Of a DNA stretch of 34,461 nt, positions 24,701 through 34,461 are shown piece by piece; position 1 is the stretch's first letter, and every line of letters starts with the position of its first letter. The stretch comes from Pelomyxa schiedti (Eukaryota > Protista > Evosea), in the NCBI GenBank assembly GCA_020536535.1, contig JAHLWZ010000977.1, positions 1 to 34,461 on the forward strand, written 5' to 3'. The notes under the pieces were generated by a model. That model was not told the origin of the DNA. It saw nothing but the letters and a program-made list of their open reading frames with translations, and made no database searches. The position numbers and the translations under genes were made by a program.

Positions 24701-27700
24701 CCACTTAATATCTCACTGATGAACGGATTGATTCCAAGGGGATGCTCACTAAACAGAGATGCTGTAGGCACAGAAGGGACTGGGGAAACTTGAACTGCAG
24801 ATGATACTGGGGAAACTGCTGGAGGGGCACACGGCTTATGTGGTGACAAAGGTACAACAAAGCCACCAAGCAGGAGTTTGTCCTACAAAATTTTTTGTTA
24901 GATTAACTTTTTTTTGGGAGTTCCACACCTTAAGCCAAAATCTGTTATCCTTTTCCAGTTCTGTTGCAGGTTCAGCAGCTACATTCAACATGGTGATGCG
25001 AGAAGCCAAGAGAACCGCAACACATTGCACATCTAAAATCCAGGATCCAATAAGAGGCATGGAGGCCCCTTTTCCAACTCCGACTATAACGCACTTGAAC
25101 CCCCATCGCTGTGACTTCTGGAGGGGGCTCATGGGGGAGTCTGGTTTTGTGGAAGCACTGTGAACTTGTAAGTACTATTGCAATACATGTTTGTCCAACC
25201 TGAAGTCAAAAGTTATGTGGTTGCCAGGAACCACAATAGGAGAGGTTGGAAAAGAGGTTTCATAGAAAGCCGGCTTGTTGTTGATTGGTTCGGATGAGCC
25301 TTTCAGAACCTGTTTAAATGAGAAGGGGGAGGAAATTAAAGTAATGTACCTGAAGGGCATCAGAAGAACTGACTGTGCGGCACTTGGAGCTGAATGTAAG
25401 GCACAGTGCCTCTGCTCCAGGGATTTTTACTGACCTCTTGACTTGGTTCGCACCATGGGGATAGGGATGCTGAGATTCAATGACAATTCTTTGCTCGTCA
25501 GATTTCTAATCTGGATGAGCTTGAAGAGAGGGAGGTTATCTGATACTTGAACTCGTTCAAAGTAGCTCTTGTCGCAAGAGCTAACATTCGGTAATCTATC
25601 ATTAAATTTTCCAAGGATCGAGATTAACTCAAGAAGTGTTGGTAGTACATCACCCGCAACTTGGGTATGTTCGCAAAATTGTTTTCTTCATTTCTTTAGT
25701 GAAGAAAGGGGAGGGAGGAAGAGTATACCTGCATAGAGTAATAAGAAGTGATGGAATGCAGTTTCCCAGGAAAGAATTTCTCACTGCCGCATCTATGTTC
25801 TTCTCGAAGCGGGTACTGTCAGCTGTGTTCTTCTGTGTCAGGACAAAATTTACCAACTCCGTGCTCTTCGTCAGGGCATATTTTGCGAACTGCAGCAAGA
25901 GGTGTTGGTATTTAGGATAGCTTACAAGTTCACGCTGAATGGCCATTAGCATCCTGATGTTTGGTAAGTAGGTTAAAGTTTCCAGGTGAATACCTCAGGG
26001 CTGGTGAAACTAATGGTGTAGAGATGAGGTGTTGAAGAGAACTCAGGGTCACAATACTCTGCTTTGCCTCCGAAAAAACATAATCCAGGATAGACAGAGT
26101 GATTTTTTGGGCTCTTTCCCATGACGGAGCGCTATTCTTTTGTATTTTAATGCAATGTTTTGTGGAAAAATCCAGTACTTCTTGGTTTGAATCCGCTTGC
26201 AACAGCTCTTTTACAAGTGAATGGGACCCAATTTCAGTGAATACAGCTTCAATCAATTTATTTTGTGCCTGTGTTCCGAATTAATGTCTATCCTTTGTAA
26301 TGGAGAAACACACATCAGTTGCGGACATCAGATCGAGTAAAAGATTTCGCTGATCTTCTCGAGTGGGGTAAAATAAATTAAGACCACTAGCCAGAGTGGC
26401 ACATATGACCTGCTGCAAGTCGGCTTCACCAGATGAGTTTGGTAAAGAAAGGAGTGACACAAGCTGGCACCGAAGTTTTTGAAGGAGGACAGCTAGTTCT
26501 ACATAATGTAAATGAGAGTCATACATATCTCACTACACTATAACATACCCGCGTCAACGGATGGAGGTGGCTCTACAATCAGAGACCTGATGTTGCAATG
26601 TACCACTCTTAATATGGAAATTAGCATTTTGATTGCGAGTGGCTTTTCATTTGAAGATGAGTGTAGGAATAGTTCCACCAATTTTGTCAAAACTTCATGA
26701 ATTGTACTGTGAAAATGTTAAAATAAAGCTGTCATACAAAGATGGAAATAGACACCTGAAGAACGACGGAACGGGATGCACAACAAGACAAAGAGGATGA
26801 GATAATGAGTCAAATGAATGGTTTTTGTCCTCAGTCTCATTTCTGCTGTGCTGTCGCGCCAGTCGCTCCATGTGACTAAGAATAATTCCCGCCGTTTCTT
26901 CGTTGTGGGTCAGGTAAGACAATAAAGATAGCGTTCATACGAAGAGGTGTCAGCAGTTTGAGAGAAGGAGCAAAGAGTGATTCCGGGATTATATCAGTCT
27001 TATTCCTTGGACCCATGTTCGCCCACCAGCCGACGTGTGAATGCTTCAGTGAAAAGTTCCATAGTACATCGTTCACACTGTCATAACATGTGCTTAATCC
27101 TAAGGTGTGTGAGTCAGATTTACTGGTAATTTACACTTGCCAAATGGGGTTGTGTGCATGTTGACATCCCACAAGTGTTTTCCAGTGTCAAGAGAAAAAA
27201 CTCTTCCCATAAAATCTGTTGTGCTGCTACAGGCCTCGGGGGGACACATAACCACATATTGCATTGGGGTGGCATATGGGTAACCCTTTTCAAATAGCTG
27301 GGCAGTGAATGCAGGTTCTGTACGAGTACGAGTTAGAAGAATGAATAAAACGTGCAGAGGCAAACCTGGTGTCCCTTTTGGGTCTGATGTCTTTGGTGTG
27401 TGTTTGGCTGGCAGGATTGTTGACTCAGGCATTGGCCCGAAAAGTTCTAGAGATTTAATGTGTTTTGCAGTTTCATCTGAAATGTGTAAATGACATTTAT
27501 TTTGCAGTTTTCCCATCACCTGTTATCACAGATGGATCAAAGACCTCCAGCCACCAAGAAGTTTTGGTGGACGAGGGGGATGAAGCGCCTGAAGAAATAC
27601 TGCCACTGCCACTGTAACTTACCACAACTGGTGCTGGGTTTGTTGTAGATTCCTTGGTCTCTCTCTTCGTTTGAATGAAAATAAACTGTCCATCTGAACA

Positions 27701-29915
27701 AAGAGTAAACACAAAGAAAGAAGTTAGGTGCCCAGCCTCACCTGAACAAAAGGCAGAATGTGAAAGTGTGTATGGGCTGGAAGAGCTGGAATTTGAGGAT
27801 TGTTTTTGTGCTGTTGAGGTCGTGTATACTTCAGGTAAACAGCACTTTATGGACTTGACAACTTGAAGAGTGTCACAGGATATGACAGTGATGCTCACAA
27901 AGGTGGTTGCAGACTGAGAATTCTCCATCTGGACATCATCACTTACTGAGGTTGGTCGCTCTGCTGGGGCTCCTTCAGATGATGAGGCAGGATTTGCTGG
28001 AGTTGTTTCCTCCTCAATGGAAGATGCATAGAGAAACTTCCCAATACAACAAAGCCACCTTGGGGAGTTACAATGGGTGAATTGATTGAAAATAAAAGTG
28101 CCTTTTCTTCTTGCTGGCAACTTTTGGTTTAAGCTCAGAATTACAGTCATAGACATGACCTTGAATGCTGTTATTGAAGCCAGTGCCAACCTTGACGAGA
28201 CCTAGTTTTTATGAGACACCTTAAGAGATTATTCAAAGTACCATTTGTATCATCTAATATGAAGATATGAGTTCCATCGGAAGCAATGGCACTCCATGAT
28301 GGCTGCAACATCTTAGATATATTATTACTGGTGAGGAATTGCAAACCAAGGAAACACTTGGCCCATTGGCACTTGGCGAGGTTGGAACTGGCTCAGGAGG
28401 GGCATTAGATGTCAAAAATTCTGGGGAATTCTCTGTTAAGTGAAATGTATTGGAAATTAGGGGAATAACCTTGTACTGCTTTCTGGAGCATGACAGACAG
28501 AGTAATATCCAAGTTATGATTTGCTAGGTGTTGCAAAAATGGCCACGTGTCAATTTTAGGGATGGAGTCAGCACAGGATCCCTCAGACATCGTCGCAGTT
28601 TGAAGCTGTTTCACTGAGAGGAGGATGTTTATAAGCTCCAAGAGTTTATCTGTATCTCCAAGCAATACAGAAACACCAGTAAGAGCTTCCAGAATCTTTT
28701 ATTACATTAACTACTTTAGAAGAGGTCAGGGAAGTAAAAGACTTGAGGTGTCTTTTCTGGGCGTGATAATATGAATTTCAAAACCATGGATATGCAATCC
28801 TGAGCTTCATCATGTAATCCCAATGGTCCAACAGTTTCTGTAGAAAATATTATGAAGTGTAAACTAACCATATACACACTCAAGATATCAATGAGTGTCC
28901 CAAGTATATCTGTGCAAAGTTTTGCATGGTTAATGCCTGGAACAGATTCAAGTGATTGAAGAAGTTGGAATGTGCTCATCAAAGCCAATCGGACAACAAA
29001 AGGTGCTGAAGGAGTTTTACTGCTTCCAGTGCTACTGACTTGGTTACTAGTCTAACTGCAGTTAAATTCCTTTGCATGAAGTGGAATTCTATACCTTGTC
29101 TTGCTTTTTGCGCATACTTTCGCGCATATAAGCCGTATGCATGCGTTTTTGAACCATCATGCGCTTTTGCAATGCAGAGGCAAATGCCAACCCTGGACTT
29201 AAAAAACCTCAGGCAAAGATACATAAAAAAAATGGCGAACCTCCGGTAAAGCTGAAGCAACTGTTGCAAAAGTTGTCTTGCAGCCCTTTTACCAATATCA
29301 TCACTATCATGGTCTGCTGAAGGGACAGATGGAGATGACCCAAGAATAATTTTCCAACTGGTTTCACTGTCCAAGGATTTCTTGTGCTTGTGCTTCTGTA
29401 TTTCGTTTCAGAAGCCCAAAGAAAGAAAAATACCTCCAGGGGCTTAGACTTTAAATCTTCGGAAATTTCATCTAAAAAGGACAGGAGCTTTGCATCAGGG
29501 TCGTTTTGGTCATCGTCAGTTAGCTCCATGTATTTCTTTGTGCAGTAGCTTTCATTGAAAATGATACTTTCTTCCTAAATCGCTAGTTAGTGCCGTTCGT
29601 CTCTCTATAACGAGTCAAGCCCACCCTCATCGACAGCCACTTTGAGTCTTCTTCCTTGGTGGACTCCAGCTGGGAGCTGGTCCAACTTGGAACGTCGCCG
29701 TCCTTGCCATCAGTGCCCGCCACCTTTGCCTTCCCCTCAATTTCGCCTTCCATCCTCAGCCGTAGCCCCGACGCGCCGCCAAGGCTGATGCCTGTGCCAA
29801 AGTCCCCTAGAAATGAAGGCGGGGGAGGAGGAGGCAGCCCGCCGGTGCTCCTCGTCATGGAAAAGAACTCCTCCGCTCTCCTCCCGGAGTCGTCACCACC
29901 AAACGCGTTCCTCAT
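12765..29915 (-). CDS. Giant HECT E3 ubiquitin ligase, HECTD4/HERC1-like (dozens of short introns; roughly 4,500-5,000 aa, estimated)
   Basis: N-terminal SPGLAFASALQKRMMVQKR and LCTDILGTLIDIL (HERC1/HECTD4-like); SDGTHIF..GTGFNNSIQGHVY propeller-like region (~28.3-27 kb); ESQHPY...VKIPGAEALCLTF CUB-like unit (~25.4 kb); SPRY (YYYEVT...CTIGCHW...YTKDGKLLGPAF...VNFGSRPF, ~20.6-20.06 kb); UBA (QLMRMG|F...NW|MLEH, ~19.86-19.6 kb); RRM-like unit (~16.07-15.72 kb); HECT (GGPYRQFF, VGRMMGIAVR, WFWEVL, FLRFTWAQERLP, FPKADTCFF with catalytic Cys codon at 13103-13105). Start is ATG 29915 or 29858. Confidence 0.88.
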
Positions 29916-30241
29916 TCCGCAGTCGAGATCTAGGTTGTGCTGGTGTCGGTGTGCGTTGCTTTGTTGACTTGGTTGTCGTTTATCCGCGGCACCACGCTCT
30001 TTGGGTGGGTTTTTTTTTTTTTTTTTGGTTGTTTGATTTTGGGTTTCTGCAGTTGGAGAGGCACTTGTCTTCCTGAGACTGTCAGATTCTCCCAATGACA
30101 CACACCGCAGGCAACTAGTGCCAACTCCCAACAAGTGAAGCTGTCAAACAGACATCACAAATCCAAAAAAAAAAAAAAACCGAGGGGCATCACATCCCTT
30201 TGAGCGAAAATCGTGCACGTTGACGTTGTGTCTACGACAGT

Positions 30242-31531
30242 ATGGAAGATGTTGTGTTTCTCCAGCCGCCTCCTAAATGCGATGCCATAGGCCAAGCAGC
30301 GGCCCTGTGTGCGGCGGCTGTGGCCCGTTGTGGTGTCAATTCTCCAGCAGTTCGTGTCACTTCGTTTGTGCTGCACGAGATTGGCAAATACGTTTTGGGA
30401 CTGCGGCCTTGTGCGCGCCGTAGGCTGTTTTTTGAGGCTGCTTCTGGTTTGTACACCTTTTGCTTGTCACCGATTGGCAGTATTTGCGAAAATCCGTGGC
30501 GTGTGTATGAGCAGTCACTTGCTGCAATCCAGGTGGTTGGACAGCTCGACGAGTATGGCAGCGTATGGTTGATGATGGACAAGAGGCCGGAGAATGGATA
30601 TACCGACACTTTCTTGCTATGGAGGGAAGAATTCGTTGGTAGAAGGCTGGGTTGTAACAAGAAAACGGCCTGGACAACATCACTTGCTCACTGTATTAAC
30701 AAGTTCGATGTTAAATGTAACCAAAACTGGATTGTGGCTTACACAGAACCTGCAAAATGCTTTCACATTTGGCAAGTGAAAGAGGCGGTTCCTCAGCAAG
30801 AGCCACACGTGCAATTTCCATTGAAGTCCATATTTACATCACTCTTCCAGTTTTCTCACAGTGACTCCTCAATAGCCTATGGGAATGAACTTACCTTCCT
30901 TGACTACCCCTGGGATTCACTGCGCGTACATACTGCGGACCTCTCTCGGTGGTACCAAGGCGAATATGAAACCATCACAAGGACCATCGAGTACTCCGGC
31001 CCGCTGCTAGATACGTGCTCGCACTACATCCCAGGGCTTTTCTGGTCTCATAGAGGTGCTCCATTCATGGTACTGCGGGACGCCTCCACCAGCTTCATAG
31101 TCAACCTAACCACAGGCACAGACACCGCAATCCCCTTGTTCATATACACCCAGATAGTTGGGGACAACCACATCCACACCCAAGAGAGAGGCGACTACTT
31201 AGTCTACAGTGCCGACGACCCCACAGCACCCCCCAGTATCGCCGGAAGCGCGCCATCGGGTTCCACATTCTCAACCACTGGGTTCTGCCTCACACCGTCT
31301 TTCCACCAGTCCCCCGGTAACTGCGAATCCACAGTGTCTGCTGTCGACCTCTGCTGCCTCACTGCCGGTGACCTTGAGCACCCTTCATTCACCATGCTGA
31401 CAAAGTCCTTCACCAGAATAACCAGCCTACCCAAGGCCTTCATCTCATTCGAGCCACTCTCTCGTGGCCTAATGTTTCCAAAGAGGGCTAGGACCACTAC
31501 CACTGCAACCAACAACAACAAAATCCCATAA
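30242..31531 (+). CDS. Intronless 429-aa hypothetical protein of a probable lineage-expanded family; N-terminal helical motif plus beta-rich region
   Basis: Uninterrupted ATG-TAA ORF. N-terminal DAIGQAAALCAAAVARCGVNSPAV motif; CNQNWIVA..FHIWQV strand-like motifs. Confidence 0.75.
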   Translation: MEDVVFLQPPPKCDAIGQAAALCAAAVARCGVNSPAVRVTSFVLHEIGKYVLGLRPCARRRLFFEAASGLYTFCLSPIGSICENPWRVYEQSLAAIQVVGQLDEYGSVWLMMDKRPENGYTDTFLLWREEFVGRRLGCNKKTAWTTSLAHCINKFDVKCNQNWIVAYTEPAKCFHIWQVKEAVPQQEPHVQFPLKSIFTSLFQFSHSDSSIAYGNELTFLDYPWDSLRVHTADLSRWYQGEYETITRTIEYSGPLLDTCSHYIPGLFWSHRGAPFMVLRDASTSFIVNLTTGTDTAIPLFIYTQIVGDNHIHTQERGDYLVYSADDPTAPPSIAGSAPSGSTFSTTGFCLTPSFHQSPGNCESTVSAVDLCCLTAGDLEHPSFTMLTKSFTRITSLPKAFISFEPLSRGLMFPKRARTTTTATNNNKIP

Positions 31532-31606
31532 CTTAAAAGCACGCCTCCAAGGTGAAGATTTTTTGAATCAAAAGTTGCCGTACTGTCACGTCCACCACCA
31601 AAAACC

Positions 31607-31687
31607 CAAAAATGATGAAACACAATGGCAAGGCGACCTCCTACCATGGGACTTTTGCATCAAGATCTGCTCTGAACCCAATTTTTG
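31607..31687 (+). ncRNA. Candidate box C/D snoRNA guiding 2'-O-methylation of LSU rRNA
   Basis: Box C ATGATGA at 31612-31618 and box D CTGA at 31672-31675 (64 nt span). Guide CATCAAGATCTGC (31658-31670), 1 nt before box D, is complementary (12 WC + 1 G-U) to the conserved LSU sequence GCAGAUCUUGGUG. Weak terminal caaaa/ttttg pairing. Confidence 0.6.
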
Positions 31688-31754
31688 CGGTCCCAGAGGA
31701 CCGAAAACAGCTGTTTGCTTGTTCCCACATTTCCGAAGGACAACGACGAATCAC

Positions 31755-34035
31755 ATGAGGACTACCACAACAAGCAACGAGCAGGACGAGGAGGCTTCAG
31801 AGGCAGCAGGGAGCCCGTGTACCCCGCTGCTTCAGCACCACCACCACCAGCAGCAGCACATCGAGGAGGAGGAGGAGGCAGCGTCGTCGGAGGAAGGGGG
31901 TGAGGGTGATGGTGGGTGTGAGTGCGGGGGCGCGGGGCGGCAGCGGCATCACCAGCACCATCATCATCATGACAAGTTGGACTCGACCGAATTCATATCG
32001 CCGAAGCCGTGGTGGAGACTATTGCTTAGTATGACATGGCTTATTGGGAGCGGCGTCATTCAGCAAAGGTAAGTTACAAATTGAATGCTACCCCCGACCC
32101 TCCATTTATATTATGACATAGTGGTTATATTATATTTCGAGATTGTATATTCATATTTCTGGTAGTCTATCCGGCATCCTTCTTCCAGCAGTGGTGCGGG
32201 AACTCAGACCTGTTGGTGCTGCTTCGATTGTTGGAATTGCTGGTGGCATTAGCATCATTTTTGAGCTTTCTGGAGTTGCGTGTATCTATTGGAGTGACAG
32301 ATGTACAAGTCGTTTAGGTTTCTTATTCTTATTCTTGAGTTACTCTTGTCCTCTAACAAAATGAAAAGGAAGACGGCGCCCTTTTGTGATCCTTGCATCG
32401 GTTGTAATTTTAATTGGACTCCTTGGCTTTCTGTTTGGGGACATATTTGAAGCTCTCTCCGTGTTACTTCTGGGGTATTTCCTTTCATACAAAAAAATGT
32501 CAATCACTCTGCTTAGCTACTTCACCACATTCACTGGAATTGCTATTGGTTCATCAACAATGTCAGCATTACTCCCTGACATATGCCCTTCTTCTCAGCA
32601 TGGGATGGGCTCTGCATCCTCCTCTATTGCCACTCTTGGAGGGACTACAATTGGTAACTTGGCCAGTTCTATTGACCTCCTTCTAACACCTTTTGGAAGG
32701 TTTTATGCTGACCTCGTTTGATCTTTCCACAGAACTCATCTGCGGGCTTTATTGTGCCGCAGTCATTATGTGCACAATTCCTACAATCCTTTTTGCCCAA
32801 GAACGAACCTGGAATCTTCCACCAGAGCATCTTGCATTAGTGGCCTCTAAAGTATGGGTTCCATATTGTATACGCTCACCCACCCCAAAAAAGCAACTCA
32901 CAAGTAGAGTGAAGAACTTCTTTGTGATGATTGTTAGCTTTTTCAAATCATATACGTTGATGTCCTCCTTTCTTGTACCTGTAATTTTTTTGCTGCAGGT
33001 TTTCTCCAAGAAAACACCCTGACTTCCTGCTGTCTCTTATAATGACGTACTTATCTAACACTTAATTTTTATACTGAATCATAAAAAGAGGCTGCTGGTT
33101 CCTTGCCTCCACTTCTAGTGTGTATCGTCAGTACTGGCTTGCTGACATTGCTTGTGTTACAGATGCCTCGTCGGTACCTCCTCGTAACCAAAGAGTCATT
33201 CTTGACATTCTTTTCCCGTAGGCTGCTTCAATCTATTCCCTAATTCGAATGGGTACATCAGTTATTTTTTCGATTCCCTTTGGCCCAATCAGTGATAAGA
33301 TTATTGGGCGGAAACCATTTGCACTCCTTGCTATGACATTTGAAGCAGGCTGTGAAATTGCATTTATTTTTGTACGTAAATTAACATGGATATATGTAAT
33401 TGGTATGCCTCTTTGCAAGCTAGTTTTTTCTTGACCCACTCAACTTTTAAAGGAGTTGCTTCTGGTATGGGGAATGGCCTCTTTGTGTCTGTATACTCTC
33501 CATATCCTCATTCCAGAACTCTAAGGCCACCAAAAAAAAGTTGGGCTGTGCAATTTCATGTGACACTCTTCCTTCAAAAGTGTCAGGTGGCAAGTACATG
33601 GCACTTGTTACGGTTGTCATCATCACTGGAACGACTGTTGGCCAAGCGACTCTTGGTATTCTTTCTCTTATCTCCGGAGATATTCATTGTGAAATGCACA
33701 AGGCCTGATTCTTGGAAATTTTGCCCTACCAGAAAGCTACTGCACTCTTTCCAGGTCTTCAGGAACACAATCACTATCTAGCTCCGTTGTGGAAGAGCAT
33801 TACTCTTCCCTTGGCTACATTGTACATATCTGATTCCCACTATTTTTATTATTCGTTCCCCACTACTCCTAATCCTATTCGCAAGATACTATTTTCTATC
33901 TCTGCTTCCTTCTATCTTATTGGATTTGTTTCCATCCTTCCTATCTCCACTGTGCGTGGGAGAAAGGCACAGGTTGCTGAGGACAATAACCCTGATTATA
34001 ATCAGGGAACAGAGGTGGATTCCCCTTCAAGCTAA
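31755..34035 (+). CDS. MFS transporter, SLC45/SUC (GPH-type sugar:H+ symporter)-like, multi-exon
   Basis: ATG at 31755 with a His/Glu-rich N-terminal tail. Spliced motif WSDRCTSRL|GRRRPF; ALLPDICPSSQHGMGS; FAQER; FSPRKHPDF; second motif GPISDKIIGRKPF; multiple hydrophobic helices. Stop TAA ending at 34035. Confidence 0.85.
31836..31970 (+). repeat. Coding trinucleotide repeats (CAC/CAG/GAG/CAT) giving poly-H, poly-Q and poly-E
   Basis: HHHHQQQHIEEEEE ... HHQHHHHH in the transporter N-terminus. Confidence 0.75.
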
Positions 34036-34292
34036 AACCTGGACAGTACCAAAAACTTCCCCCTACCTAACAAGTTGACAACTGGATGGGCACCACTTGT
34101 TTTTTTTTTCATCAAAGTTTCTCATCCCCACCTTCCTGTAAAGGCCTTAAAAAACTTTCGTTTTCGCAGCTGATCATCATTCATTTTCTCACGAAATACA
34201 CACAAGGGCTCACTATTGCCCTCCGCATCCCACAATACACAATCACCACTGCCAACGGACAGGGGTAGAGGCAGGGAGGGGAGTTGCGCGTG

Positions 34293-34461
34293 ATGGGGGC
34301 GTGCGTGGGGGTACTTGTGGGACGTGCGTTGTTCGCTGCATCGGCGTCGCTGCGGCCTGTCAAATACGAGGACGAGGAGCGCGACTGGCTCAGGGCCATC
34401 GCTTACGTTTTCCTTATTCTCGTAATAGCCGTTGTCGCTGTGTTCATGGGCCTAATGAGGT
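34293..34461 (+). CDS. First exon of a membrane protein, possibly CNNM/DUF21 family (partial)
   Basis: ATG at 34293 gives MGACVGVLVGRALFAASASLRPVKYEDEERDWLRAIAYVFLILVIAVVAVFMGLM, ending at a probable AG|GT donor at the window edge. The hydrophobic helix ending in GLM resembles DUF21 'LVLFAGLMSGL'. Confidence 0.4.
   Translation, partial: MGACVGVLVGRALFAASASLRPVKYEDEERDWLRAIAYVFLILVIAVVAVFMGLMR

Noticed and set aside
30050-30140. Short inverted repeats (ggcact/agtgcc, cacttgt/acaagtg) and a GTGATGT...CTGA pair in the divergent spacer
   Set aside because: The helices compete with each other, box C is imperfect and no rRNA guide was recognised.
34100-34185. ATGATGA box C on the - strand
   Set aside because: No downstream CTGA or recognisable guide.

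Overview
Gene-dense, intron-rich eukaryotic (protist) genomic DNA with very short, mostly ~35-60 nt GT-AG introns. There is no sign of prokaryotic operons, CRISPR, rRNA or tRNA genes. The style (tiny introns, CAA-repeat poly-Q, an intronless 'AL..A..RCG..SP' family gene) suggests an amoebozoan such as Pelomyxa (inference). About ten protein-coding genes can be reconstructed by manual splicing: an EDC4/Varicose-like WD40 protein (partial, -), a Q-rich hypothetical nuclear protein (+), then five co-oriented minus-strand genes (UTP15, a CHO2-type PE methyltransferase, a hypothetical protein, VPS4, and a ~17 kb HECTD4/HERC1-like E3 ligase with SPRY, UBA, RRM-like and HECT domains), an intronless lineage-specific gene (+), an SLC45/SUC-type MFS transporter (+) and the start of a possible CNNM/DUF21 membrane protein (+). 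The most notable non-coding signals are a candidate box C/D snoRNA with a 13-nt guide to LSU rRNA (31.6 kb), a double-hairpin element in an oversized intron (9.9-10.06 kb), and nested stem-loop elements in the spacers between the tandem minus-strand genes (8.6-8.9, 10.2-10.3, 12.4-12.6 kb). All gene models, family assignments and folds were done by eye and need RNA-seq and HMM/CM confirmation.
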